Shown here one piece after another: positions 29,031 through 38,778 of a stretch of DNA of 64,000 bases; position 1 is the stretch's first letter; each line of letters begins with the position of its first letter. A model generated the notes under the pieces. It did no database searches. It had not been told where the DNA came from and saw only the letters and a program-made list of their open reading frames with translations. The position numbers were made by a program, and so were the translations under genes. This DNA is from Candidatus Poribacteria bacterium (GTDB taxonomy: Bacteria; Poribacteria; WGA-4E; WGA-3G), in the NCBI GenBank assembly GCA_965198235.1, contig OZ240248.1, positions 896,001-960,000 of the forward strand, read 5' to 3'.

Positions 29031-29705
29031 TCACCTACTTTTCAACTCACCCCACATAGTAGCTAATTTGTCAGCAGGTTCCACTGCTGTCGGTGGGATA
29101 CCCTCACCATTAATTTCAACGTATTCATACGCAACGGTTGAATCTCTGCCACCTAAGCCAGGGCGACCCTTATCGTGGGTCTTATCCTGGTTTTCAACCA
29201 TCAGTTTTCCATCAATGAAGGTCCTGAGAGTTTCCCCTTCTGTTTCAAATACTATGGTATATGCATCGCCACCTTTGGTGTCCTTTGAATCGGGACGTTT
29301 CGGGCGCGGACCACCGGTAATCTCAGTTGCAGCACCCCCTTGAAACATGTACAATGAGGTGGTATGCGAGTTATAACTGATTTCCATGAAATAGAAATCC
29401 ACCGCTGGTTCTTGCGTCCGGACAAACAGATGAAAATAGGGTCCAGCAATTTTTCGTGCTTTGACTTCCATTCGGTAATCCGTCCAGTTGTCTTCCCCAA
29501 AGTAGATACCTGAATTCTGCCCACCGGCGACAGTAAGTTCAAGCATACCATCTTTCACCTTTGCGGTTGCCTGGGGTCCCAACTCCCAATCCGCAATCTC
29601 TTTGTCACTATCGAACTCATAACGAATCGCCAGCGCGGTGTGTCCAATTAGCATAAAGCCTAAGCAGATGCACGCGTAAACCCATTGGACGTTCAACTTT
29701 CTCAT
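29031..29705 (-). CDS. secreted DUF1080/concanavalin-like protein with KLATMWGELK tail
   Basis: Signal peptide; WTDYRMEV, FIDGKL, GRPGL; C-terminus AVEPADKLATMWGELKSR. Confidence 0.75.
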   Translation of the reverse strand: MRKLNVQWVYACICLGFMLIGHTALAIRYEFDSDKEIADWELGPQATAKVKDGMLELTVAGGQNSGIYFGEDNWTDYRMEVKARKIAGPYFHLFVRTQEPAVDFYFMEISYNSHTTSLYMFQGGAATEITGGPRPKRPDSKDTKGGDAYTIVFETEGETLRTFIDGKLMVENQDKTHDKGRPGLGGRDSTVAYEYVEINGEGIPPTAVEPADKLATMWGELKSR

Positions 29706-29879
29706 GAGAAGTTCTCCTCAAATTTAAAGCCGGAGCATCAACGCTTCTCTCTTTTGCGTTAAGCAAACGTAGGACGCTCCCGGTCAGCCAAAAGTAGGTA
29801 AGTCGGGTTCTCCAAATCCTAATTATTTTACACGAAAATTTGGAAACTGTCAACTTTAAATCGGCTGAAATTCAGACGC

Positions 29880-30248
29880 TTACCCGCGAATTGCAGCGAG
29901 GGTCAGACAACCCCACCCCACGATAAACGCCAACCCACCGATCGGGGTAATCGCACCGAGCCACCGAATGCCTGTGAGGCTAAGGATATAGAGACTGCCG
30001 GAAAAAATCAGGATACCTGCGAAAAAGCACCATCCCGATGCAGCCGTGAGTTGGTTCTGCCACTGTGATACCGCCCACGCCGCAGCAATCATCCCCAGAC
30101 TGTGATACATCTGATATCGAACTGCTACTTCAAATGTCTCAAGCATCTCCGGTGAGAGTTTTGATCGAAGCGCATGTGCCCCAAACGCTCCAAAAACAAC
30201 ACCCAGTAGACTTAAACCTGAACCGAACGCAAAGAAAAGATTTTGCAT
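29880..30248 (-). CDS. DUF423 family membrane protein
   Basis: GAFGAHAL, YQMYH, IFSGSLY, GAITPIGG. Confidence 0.92.
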   Translation of the reverse strand: MQNLFFAFGSGLSLLGVVFGAFGAHALRSKLSPEMLETFEVAVRYQMYHSLGMIAAAWAVSQWQNQLTAASGWCFFAGILIFSGSLYILSLTGIRWLGAITPIGGLAFIVGWGCLTLAAIRG

Positions 30249-30352
30249 AGATGCCTCCTTTCAGAAACTTATGACCGTGATTAATTATAACTTAAACCAA
30301 GCATATTATGTCAGGCGTTTTTACTCGCGACGGTACTGAGAGAAATATTTTC

Positions 30353-30381
30353 TTGACATTTTTGCCATACTATGCTAAGAT
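30353..30381 (+). promoter_or_regulatory. sigma70-like promoter
   Basis: TTGACA-17nt-TAAGAT with an extended -10 TG. Confidence 0.6.
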
Positions 30382-30447
30382 TTCTTTAAACGGCATAGCT
30401 CGCTCTATTCCATGTGGTTAACAGTAAAAGGAGAAACTTTTGGACGT

Positions 30448-32520
30448 ATGAAACAATACAGGACAGACCAGATCCGAAACATTGCAATTATTGCGCATTC
30501 AGGAGCAGGCAAAACATCACTCATTGAAGCGATGCTTTACAATGGTGGTGCCATTGAGCGAATGGGGGCTGTCGATAGTGGAAATTCTGTAGCTGACTAT
30601 GCCACTGACGAGATTGAACGCAAAACGACCCTCAACTGTTCAGTCTGTATTGCAGAATGGGAAGGACATAAACTAAATCTGATTGATACCCCGGGCGCAG
30701 AAGATTTTCATGGTGACCTCCACAGTGTACTCCGAGTCGTCGACGCTGTTGTCATCGTCGTCGATGCAACAACCGGTGTCGAAGGTGGAACCGAAAAGGT
30801 GTGGGAGATAGCAGACAAATATGAGCTGCCACGCCTCATCTTCATCAATAAGATGGATAAAGAGAACGCCAACTTTGAAAACGCACTCTTAACCGTTGAA
30901 GACACTTTAGAGACTCGGGCGGTCCCTATTCAACTCCCGATCGGTAAAGAGGAACAGTTTGCCGGCATCGTTGATGCCATACAGATGGCGGCTTATCTGC
31001 AACCCGATGGAAGCAAGCGCGCTGCAAAAGCCGAAATACCCGCAGACTTGGAGACACAGGCTGAAGAAACTCGCGAAGCACTTGTCGAAGTCGCTGCAGA
31101 AAGCGACGATGAACTCATTGAGAAGTTTTTTGAAGGTGAGCTATCGGACGAAGAGATTCAGAACGGCTTGCAACTTGGGATTTTCGAGAATCAGTTTACC
31201 CCCGTGCTTTGCGGTGCTGCCTTGAACAATATTGGCGTGCAACAATTGATGGATATGCTGCTGACTGGCTGTCCGTCTCCCGTCAACGCAGGCGCAGTTA
31301 CAGCTGCGGAAAATGAAGAGGATAGCCGCGAACCGTCACCGGATGCCCCGATGTCCGCTGTCGTATTCAAATCGATTGCCGATCCGTTTGCAGGGCAATT
31401 GAGCTTCTTCCGTGTCTACTCTGGCACGTTGCAAGGGGATACTCAGGTCAGCAATGCGACGCAAGGACAAATTGAACGTCTCGGAAAAACGGCGTTCATG
31501 AACGGTAAAGAGGCAATCAACACACCACAGGTAGAAGCAGGAGACATTGGCGCACTCACGAAACTTGCCGCGACTCAGACCGGGGACACGCTCTGCGACA
31601 GAGACGCACCCATTCAACTTCCAGGTGTTGATTTCCCAAGTTCCGTCATCTCCTATGCCATCCGCCCAACGCGCGAAGGCGACGATGAAAAACTGATGAC
31701 ATCACTCACACGGATGTCCGAAGAAGATCCGACGTTTAGAATTGAGCGGAACGACGTTACAAAACAACTCCTCATCTCCGGGCTCGGAGACCTGCATATC
31801 AACATTAATCGGGAACGAATGGCAGATAAATTCGGGGTTGAGACGGAAGTTTCACCGCCAAAAGTTCCGTATCGGGAAACAATTCGTCGGAGAGTCCAGA
31901 GCATCCACGGCAGACACAAACGTCAATCTGGTGGAAGAGGGCAGTTCGGCGATGTCACGATCAATCTCGCTCCCTTACAACGCGGTGAGGGCTTTGAGTT
32001 TATTAACAACATCGTCGGTGGCGCAATTCCGCGCAACTACATCCCGGCTGTCGAAAAAGGCATCCGCGAGAGAATGGACAGAGGCTTACTTGTTGGCTTT
32101 CCAGTCGTCGATATCCAAATTGACCTCTATGATGGCAAGTACCATCCTGTCGATTCTTCGGACATGGCGTTTCAGATCGCTGGTTCTATCGCCTTCGCTG
32201 CAGCCGCCGAACAAGCCAATCCATGTTTGCTTGAACCGGTCATGAGCGTCGCGATCACAGTGCCCGAACAGTTTATGGGAAGCATTATCGGCGACCTGAA
32301 CGGACGGCGTGGACAGGTCATGGGTGTTGAACAAGCAGGGAAAAAGCAGGTTATTCAAGCAAACGTCCCACTTTCGGAGATGCTCCGATACTCCATCGAT
32401 CTCAAGTCGATGACGAGTGCTCGCGGCAACTTCACGATGGAATTCTCGCATTACGAGATCACACCTGACGATGTCGCTCAGAAGGTAATCGCTGAATCAA
32501 AACAAGAAGAGGAAGAGTAG
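30448..32520 (+). CDS. fusA: elongation factor G (EF-G2-like paralog)
   Basis: IRNIAIIAHSGAGKTS, DTPG, NKMD, PKVPYRET, HKRQSGGRGQFG, DSSDMAF, LLEP; the divergent G1 motif and isolation from the str operon suggest a second EF-G copy. Confidence 0.9.
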   Translation: MKQYRTDQIRNIAIIAHSGAGKTSLIEAMLYNGGAIERMGAVDSGNSVADYATDEIERKTTLNCSVCIAEWEGHKLNLIDTPGAEDFHGDLHSVLRVVDAVVIVVDATTGVEGGTEKVWEIADKYELPRLIFINKMDKENANFENALLTVEDTLETRAVPIQLPIGKEEQFAGIVDAIQMAAYLQPDGSKRAAKAEIPADLETQAEETREALVEVAAESDDELIEKFFEGELSDEEIQNGLQLGIFENQFTPVLCGAALNNIGVQQLMDMLLTGCPSPVNAGAVTAAENEEDSREPSPDAPMSAVVFKSIADPFAGQLSFFRVYSGTLQGDTQVSNATQGQIERLGKTAFMNGKEAINTPQVEAGDIGALTKLAATQTGDTLCDRDAPIQLPGVDFPSSVISYAIRPTREGDDEKLMTSLTRMSEEDPTFRIERNDVTKQLLISGLGDLHININRERMADKFGVETEVSPPKVPYRETIRRRVQSIHGRHKRQSGGRGQFGDVTINLAPLQRGEGFEFINNIVGGAIPRNYIPAVEKGIRERMDRGLLVGFPVVDIQIDLYDGKYHPVDSSDMAFQIAGSIAFAAAAEQANPCLLEPVMSVAITVPEQFMGSIIGDLNGRRGQVMGVEQAGKKQVIQANVPLSEMLRYSIDLKSMTSARGNFTMEFSHYEITPDDVAQKVIAESKQEEEE

Positions 32521-32570
32521 CCTATCGGAAAACCCATTCTTAGCGAGGTTTCAGACCTCATATCTTCCAT

Positions 32571-32763
32571 TTATGGTGAATTATACAATTAACTTGACAT
32601 TTTTGAGTTGTAGGAGGGGGGAAATCCGCAGAAACCCCCAAGCAAAAACACTCCGATTCCCGACTCTCAACGTGTATAGTCGCGATTCGGAGATCGCTCC
32701 TACAGAAAATGTGTCAACATATTTTGATAATTCACTATAGTAGGCGCGGTTTGCTACCGCGCC
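32571..32763. mobile_element. composite MITE-like element plus adjacent REP
   Basis: Terminal inverted repeats TATGGTGAATTATACAATTAACTTGACA / TGTCAACATATTTTGATAATTCACTATA, internal GTAGGAG...CTCCTAC, followed by GTAGGCGCGGT-ttgct-ACCGCGCC. Confidence 0.7.
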
Positions 32764-32834
32764 TTCTTCTCTTTTCTTTTTTTGGGCTTTTCCCTGTTTG
32801 TGGGTTATACTACTATTTGATTCTATTTTGAGAG

Positions 32835-33887
32835 GTGTATCATGAGTCAGCAGTTTTTCAATCCATGTATGTAGAAGGACAGATTGAACATATCATGAGC
32901 AGCATCACGAGTCAGCGGCTGCTACGCTTAGCAGTATTATATTTGTGCCCACGGTGCAGTGAATTTCTTGCGGAAGAGTATCTTGCTACGGATCAGTCAA
33001 CAATTCAATTAATCAAGGCTCACCCTGAAATCAAGGCTTGCGCTACAATCCGGCAGCGCGCTACTGCAATCAAGGGCGGTGCTTCAGTTGTGTTTGCTAA
33101 TCAGTTCAATGATTCAACTCAATTTGGTATTAGTGAGGATCTATTGTTTTTAAAGGTGCTTAAAGACAAGTTCGCTGCTATTTGTCCTCGGTGCTTGGAG
33201 CCTTTGTCTGATTCTATTAGTCTATTGGATGATGAATTGAACTCAATAACCTCGTCCATGAGGACACGGAGGTTTTCTCACATGGCGTATAGCGATTGGA
33301 CCTTAGAAACAGTGCAGAAAGCGTTTGACTTAGAAGAAGTTAACGCGCCCGGCATCTTTTCTGACGTAGAACCAGTGGCTCCGAGTGCACATCTTACCAC
33401 AGCACTGGAGCGGAATGTGCCATTAGCCTTTGCTATGGGCACTGAGAAGGCAAAATCAGAACTGATTGTCTCCACAGTTCTGGTTGAGCTCTGGGAGCAC
33501 TTCGACCGCGGTATCAGTTTTTTTTCGGGGATTGACTTTAATGTTGATTCTGAAAGCGGCTTGACCGGTGTTTGTGATTTTTTGGTAAGCCTGTCGCCAG
33601 CCCAATTTCATTTGGAAGCACCAGTCATCATCCTTGTTGAAGCAAAAAGGGATAATTTGACGATCGGGCTCGGACAGTGCGTTGCAGAGATGGTTGCCGC
33701 CCAACGTTTTAATGCCGAAAGGGGGAACGACATCCCTTCCGTCTATGGTGCCACCACGTCAGGCATAGATTGGGTATTTCTTAAGTTGGAGGGAAAGAAA
33801 CTTCAACTTGACATGACAGCCTATCAAATCGCACAGTGTGACAAAATCCTCGGTATTCTCACCAGCATGGCAGCACAAAAGGCGTGA
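32835..33887 (+). CDS. two-part ORF: CxxC-bearing N-terminal region plus PD-(D/E)xK nuclease-like domain (own start at 33282)
   Basis: CPRC twice in the N-terminal part; GGAGG + ATG at 33282 begins MAYSDWTLE...GVCDFL..IILVEAK...GQCVAEMVAAQ..YGATTSG. Confidence 0.7.
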   Translation: MYHESAVFQSMYVEGQIEHIMSSITSQRLLRLAVLYLCPRCSEFLAEEYLATDQSTIQLIKAHPEIKACATIRQRATAIKGGASVVFANQFNDSTQFGISEDLLFLKVLKDKFAAICPRCLEPLSDSISLLDDELNSITSSMRTRRFSHMAYSDWTLETVQKAFDLEEVNAPGIFSDVEPVAPSAHLTTALERNVPLAFAMGTEKAKSELIVSTVLVELWEHFDRGISFFSGIDFNVDSESGLTGVCDFLVSLSPAQFHLEAPVIILVEAKRDNLTIGLGQCVAEMVAAQRFNAERGNDIPSVYGATTSGIDWVFLKLEGKKLQLDMTAYQIAQCDKILGILTSMAAQKA

Positions 33888-33930
33888 AGAGAACAGGCAG
33901 ATGTCGTTATCTGCCCGTTCTCAAAATCCG

Positions 33931-35349
33931 CTAACCATCCAAATGGAAGACCGCCATCTTCAATTCGGTCATCTCTTCTATGGCGTATTTCGGACCCTCT
34001 TTGCCCATACCGCTCTCTTTGACCCCGCCATACGGCATTAGATCCGCACGCCACTGTGTACCCCAGTTCACCATCAGGTTGCCAGATTCGACTTCACGGA
34101 CAAACTTCATTGCCCAATCGACGTTCTGTGTGAAGATCGCGGCACTCAGCCCATAGTTCGTATCGTTAGCGAGTGCTATAGCCTCGTCGATGTCGTTGAC
34201 GCGCGTCACACCGACTGCCGGTCCGAAGACCTCGTCACAGGAGATTTTCATCTCCGGTTTGACGTTGGCAAGGATAGCAGGCGTAACAAATTGATCCTGC
34301 TTATCTCCACCCGTGAGGAGCTCTGCTCCATCCGCGACAGCCTCTTGAATCCATTCGGCAACACGAGTTGCATCCCCTTCTCGAATCATCGGTCCCATCC
34401 GTGTTCCTTCTGCAAGCGGGTTGCCGGTGTTAATTTGAGCGACTTCCGCTTGGAAAGCATCTAAGAAATCACCGTAGATTTTCTCATGGGCGATAACGCG
34501 CTGCGTTGAGATACAGACCTGTCCTGCATTAGAATAACCGGATGCCGTCGCTGCGCGTGCGACCTTTTCGGGATCCGCATCGGGCATGACGATGAGCGGT
34601 GAATTCGAGCCGAGTTCCATTGTGACACGCTTTAACCCTGCGACCTTACAGATATGCTCGCCAACATCACGGCTACCGGTAAAGGTAATTTTTCGGACGC
34701 GACTATCTGCGCAGAGGGTATCACCGATTTCGCCACCGGGTCCTGTCACACACTGAATCGCCTCAGGCGGTGTCCCCGCTTCCAAAAAGAGTTCCACCAG
34801 TTTTAGAGCAGAAAGCGGTGTATCCGTCGCAGGTTTGATGATAATAGCGTTTCCACCGGCGATAGCGGGACCGGCTTTGTGGCAGACAAGGTGCAGTGGG
34901 AAATTGAAGGGGCTAATGCCAGCAACAATACCACACGGCATGCGTACTGTAAAGCCGAGTTTGTCCTTAACACCGGGCGCACCTTCAAGGGGAATCGTCT
35001 CACCGGTCAATCGTTTCGCTTCCTCTCCAGAGAGGGCGATAATTTCGGAAGCGCGCGTCGCTTCGATTGTCGCCTCGGCGAGAATCTTCCCCTCTTCGCG
35101 GGTGATAACCTCGGCGAGTTCGCCTGCCCGTTCTACCATCAAATCCGCAACTTTACGCAGGATCTCGTAGCGTTCATAGCCCGTCATCCCTGCCATAATT
35201 TTTGCACCGCGTTCTGCGGTTTGAATAGCGGTTTCAACGTCGGCTGTATCCCCTCTCGGAACGGTGTCAACAACCGAACCGTCGAAAGGACTCAGTACGT
35301 CAATTTTATCGGATTTATCAATCCATTCTCCGCCTACGTGCATTTGCAT
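33931..35349 (-). CDS. aldehyde dehydrogenase family protein
   Basis: SPFNFPL, FTGS, MELGSNSP, GQVCIS, EVFGP, NYGL, PYGGVKESG. Confidence 0.95.
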   Translation of the reverse strand: MQMHVGGEWIDKSDKIDVLSPFDGSVVDTVPRGDTADVETAIQTAERGAKIMAGMTGYERYEILRKVADLMVERAGELAEVITREEGKILAEATIEATRASEIIALSGEEAKRLTGETIPLEGAPGVKDKLGFTVRMPCGIVAGISPFNFPLHLVCHKAGPAIAGGNAIIIKPATDTPLSALKLVELFLEAGTPPEAIQCVTGPGGEIGDTLCADSRVRKITFTGSRDVGEHICKVAGLKRVTMELGSNSPLIVMPDADPEKVARAATASGYSNAGQVCISTQRVIAHEKIYGDFLDAFQAEVAQINTGNPLAEGTRMGPMIREGDATRVAEWIQEAVADGAELLTGGDKQDQFVTPAILANVKPEMKISCDEVFGPAVGVTRVNDIDEAIALANDTNYGLSAAIFTQNVDWAMKFVREVESGNLMVNWGTQWRADLMPYGGVKESGMGKEGPKYAIEEMTELKMAVFHLDG

Positions 35350-35458
35350 AATGTATTTCTCCCCATTCTCGCTTTTAGGCATACGGTGTGTGGTCAGGCA
35401 CAAGACCTGGGAAACACCCAAGCAAAAACCCCCTACAGCACACGGATGCGCCTGTTAT

Positions 35459-35562
35459 TTATTTTTTCGCTTTCAGCAAAGCTCACGTTGTTGCCAATTT
35501 ACCAGCTGCATCAACAGCGGCATAACCGGCTAACCCATTCTCCGTAACATCGTTGAATTCAT
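35459..35562 (-). pseudogene. remnant of a KLATTW-tail protein
   Basis: Reads NEFNDVTENGLAGYAAVDAAGKLATT*ALLKAKK*, with TGA at the W position; the preceding SD AAGGAG + ATG is in a different frame. Confidence 0.7.
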
Positions 35563-35573
35563 TCTGTTTCTCC

Positions 35574-36578
35574 TTAGACTCGACAATTATCAAGCGCGTC
35601 CTCGTCCAATTCAACCCCTAATCCGGGTTTATCTGGAACAGTTGCGTATCCGTCAACAAGCGGAATCGTTGAAGGTGTAACGAGGTCAAAAGCGCGCAAA
35701 GCATTGAGTGTAATCGCTGGCATGGTTGCATTCGGCATCACTGCGGCAAGATGCATAACATAGCAGGTCGTAATACCGAGCCCGACAATTTGTAGCCAGA
35801 CCGGAAGATGGGCAGCGTCTGAAATAATCGCCTCTCGTTTGGCATTGGCAGCGCGTGAGTCCGGGTAAGCGATAATAAATGAGTCGTTCATATTTGCCCG
35901 TATTGCTTCAATTGGATCCGGGTTACCGAAGTGGATTGTTATCGGTATGTCAGTGTGTCGCTTGATCTCTTGATATCCGGCAATGTCGGCTTGTGGGATC
36001 GGCGTTTCAAATGACTCTATATTATAACCATGGAGCTGACGTGCGACTTCAAGGGTACGTTCTGGGGTTTCAAACGAATCGTTTGCGTCAACGCGGAGTC
36101 GATAATCATCCGGCACAACCCCTGCAATTGCCTCCACCTGCTCAAGCACTTCAAACCATGGGCGGGCTTTGATTTTGTGGAGTCGGTAGCCGAGCGCGTA
36201 AGCGTGTTGTGCTTCTGCCGCCCACTCCTCCGGTGTCATGTCAATCGACCAGTAGCCGAACGACGTTTTGTCGTGAACCTTTTCGCCTAAAAGTTGATGC
36301 ACCGGCACACCAAGTGCTTTCCCTATGATGTCGTAAAAAGCCTGCTGGAGAGGCGTGGGTGCCCAGCCATTCATAAATTCAAACGGATTTCTACTGATGT
36401 AGCGCTGAACGACATCGTCCGCCTGAAACGCGCCATCACCAATCCCAATGAGTCCTACATCGGTGTGCACCTTGTAGACGTAATCAATCTGGTAAAGATT
36501 ACGACGCGTCATGAGTTCATAAATGCCTTCATGATACGGCACTTTCACTTCGATAACGTCAATCTGGGTAATCTTCAT
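35574..36578 (-). CDS. mandelate racemase/muconate lactonizing enzyme family (enolase superfamily)
   Basis: GKALGVPVHQLLG, KIK, RVDAN, FETP, PGLGVELD. Confidence 0.9.
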   Translation of the reverse strand: MKITQIDVIEVKVPYHEGIYELMTRRNLYQIDYVYKVHTDVGLIGIGDGAFQADDVVQRYISRNPFEFMNGWAPTPLQQAFYDIIGKALGVPVHQLLGEKVHDKTSFGYWSIDMTPEEWAAEAQHAYALGYRLHKIKARPWFEVLEQVEAIAGVVPDDYRLRVDANDSFETPERTLEVARQLHGYNIESFETPIPQADIAGYQEIKRHTDIPITIHFGNPDPIEAIRANMNDSFIIAYPDSRAANAKREAIISDAAHLPVWLQIVGLGITTCYVMHLAAVMPNATMPAITLNALRAFDLVTPSTIPLVDGYATVPDKPGLGVELDEDALDNCRV

Positions 36579-36601
36579 ATTTTTACTGATGGCCTCCCGG
36601 G

Positions 36602-36793
36602 CTGCTCTCCACTTCGTTACGAGCAGGTTTCTGATTAAGTCTCAACTATGTTTAGGAATTTTGACATTTCTTTATATCTTAGAAACATTAAACCAAAACC
36701 TTAGCCCGTAAGCGTAGCGGAGGGCGGATATATGGCAGGGTTTTTCAACCTCTCAGCCGCCCTGACCAAACCGCAAGGAAAAATTAGAAAATA
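36602..36793. repeat. GNA-capped hairpin (-) plus ~90-nt element copy 2 (+)
   Basis: (-) CTGCTC-GTAACGAAGTGGA-GAGCAG; (+) GCCC-GTAAGCGTAGCGGA-GGGC...CCGCAAGGAAAAATTAGAAAAT. Confidence 0.8.
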
Positions 36794-36813
36794 AGCACGA
36801 GCGTCATCGTGAA

Positions 36814-37266
36814 TTATTCATCACGGCGGATCCAACTGACGACATCTTCTGCCTCACCTGTACCACCTTCAACACCATCGCTCCCGAAAGAAATGAGATC
36901 GTACCCGTAACGGTCATGGTTACCGGGGCGAACATAGATATATGGATTCCCCCACGGATCTTCCGTGATTGGGATTTGAATATAGGGCTCTACCCAGTTT
37001 ATAGGTCTTGGTGGTGCTTCAGGCATTTCCCAAAGTGCCTTCAATCCCTGTTCAGTCGAAGGATAATCACCGTTATCTTTGGCGTACCTATCAAGAGCGA
37101 TACCAAGCGTTTCAATATCCTCAGCGGCTTGTGCTTGCAAAGCGCGCCCAGCCTGCCCGAGCAACCGAGGTGCCAAAAGGACAGCCGCGATAATTCCGAG
37201 AACGATGACGACAACTAAGATTTGTATTGATGTTAATCCTGCTTGTTTAGAATCGATTGATTTCAC
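36814..37266 (-). CDS. gspG: type II secretion major pseudopilin GspG-like
   Basis: Prepilin-like G|LTSIQILVV, YPSTEQGLKAL, DPWGNPYIY, SFGSDGVEGG; SD GGAGG + GTG at 37266. Confidence 0.85.
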   Translation of the reverse strand: MKSIDSKQAGLTSIQILVVVIVLGIIAAVLLAPRLLGQAGRALQAQAAEDIETLGIALDRYAKDNGDYPSTEQGLKALWEMPEAPPRPINWVEPYIQIPITEDPWGNPYIYVRPGNHDRYGYDLISFGSDGVEGGTGEAEDVVSWIRRDE

Positions 37267-37432
37267 GTATTTTCCTCCGCTCACCTGACATAGCAAAGAT
37301 GAAATAGTTATCAGTGACCAGTAATAAGATGCTCGACGAAGTCAACGGCTTTTATAGCTACTGACGACTGATAACCGCTTTTTAAGTGTATCACATCCCG
37401 CGAATTGTGTCAACTTTTTCAGCAAAATTCTC

Positions 37433-37461
37433 TTGACAGACTTTATCGTGCGCCCTATAAT
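37433..37461 (+). promoter_or_regulatory. consensus sigma70 promoter
   Basis: TTGACA-17nt-TATAAT. Confidence 0.75.
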
Positions 37462-37558
37462 ACCCTATTAGATTTACGTGAGGACCGAATCAAGGCACGG
37501 TTAGAAACACACTCAATAGCGTAAATCCCAAATCTATGAGATAGTGGAGGAACCGGGG

Positions 37559-38767
37559 ATGTCGAAAACGGTTTGTATTGTCGGAACAATGGACACGAAA
37601 GGCTTGGAATTCTCGTTTATCAAAACGCAAATAGAATCAACTGGGGTCTCAACATGTGTTATCAATACGGGTATATTAGGTGAACCGCAATTAACGCCGG
37701 ACGTTTCTGCGGATGAAGTCGCACAAGCGGGAGGCTCATCCCTTCAGGCTTTGAGAGATGAAAGCGACCGAGGTAACAGTGTCGCTGTGATGGCACAAGG
37801 TGCCGCCGCACTCGTTGCTGAAAAACAGGCGACAGGCGAAATTGATGGGATAATTTCACTCGGTGGCTCCGCGGGAACTACCATCGGCACGACGGCGATG
37901 CAGGCAGTCCCAGTGGGCGTTCCGAAAATTATGGTATCAACTTTAGCATCGGGGGACACGAGTCCGTATGTCCAATCCAAAGATATATGTATGATGTACT
38001 CTGTTGTGGATATCGCTGGCATCAACCGGTTGTCACGGCAGATTCTTGCCAACGCCGCTGGGGCAATCGTCGGGATGGTGAATGCGGAAGTACCCGCAGC
38101 GACAGCAGACAAACCTTTAATCGCAGCGACGATGTTCGGTGTGACAACCCCATGTGTCACAAAGGCGCGGGAAATTCTCGAAAACGCTGGCTATGAAGTC
38201 CTTGTCTTTCACGCAACCGGCACCGGTGGGCAAGCGATGGAAGATCTTGTCAAAGGGGGTTTCCTCGCTGGGGTGTTAGACGTGACAACAACTGAGCTTG
38301 CTGACGAATTGGTAGGTGGAGTCCTCAGTGCCGGTCCCGATCGGTTGGAAGCCGCGGGAGAATCTGGACTGCCGCAAGTTGTTGCTCCAGGTGCATTGGA
38401 TATGGTAAATTTCGGTCCCCCTGACACAGTTCCAGAGAATTTCAGCGACCGGTTGTTCTATCAGCACAATCCGACAGTGACATTAATGCGGACAACCGCT
38501 GAAGAAACCGCTGAACTCGGACGCATTATGGCGCGTAAACTCAGCGAAGCGAAGGGACCTACAACGGTCATTATTCCGACCCAAGGTGTATCGGCGATTG
38601 ATAAAACAGGACAACCCTTCGATTCTCCCGAAGCACGCACTGCCTGGATCGAGAATCTGAAGGCGCACATCGGCGGTAATGTCACAGTTATCGAAATGGA
38701 CGCTCACATCAATGACGACGAGTTTGCAACAAAACTCGTAGAAACACTGTTGGAGAGTATACAATAA
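37559..38767 (+). CDS. UPF0261 / Tm-1-like ATP-binding domain protein
   Basis: GTMDTKG, GGSAGT, SVVDIAGIN, TMFGVTTPCV, FHATGTGG, GALDMVNFG, HINDDEFA. Confidence 0.92.
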   Translation: MSKTVCIVGTMDTKGLEFSFIKTQIESTGVSTCVINTGILGEPQLTPDVSADEVAQAGGSSLQALRDESDRGNSVAVMAQGAAALVAEKQATGEIDGIISLGGSAGTTIGTTAMQAVPVGVPKIMVSTLASGDTSPYVQSKDICMMYSVVDIAGINRLSRQILANAAGAIVGMVNAEVPAATADKPLIAATMFGVTTPCVTKAREILENAGYEVLVFHATGTGGQAMEDLVKGGFLAGVLDVTTTELADELVGGVLSAGPDRLEAAGESGLPQVVAPGALDMVNFGPPDTVPENFSDRLFYQHNPTVTLMRTTAEETAELGRIMARKLSEAKGPTTVIIPTQGVSAIDKTGQPFDSPEARTAWIENLKAHIGGNVTVIEMDAHINDDEFATKLVETLLESIQ

Positions 38768-38778
38768 AGAGGAAATAC

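Noticed and set aside
35483-35485. TGA at a conserved Trp position suggesting genetic-code reassignment
   Set aside because: The same motif uses TGG in the intact genes and many genes here end in TGA; a nonsense mutation in a remnant is simpler.
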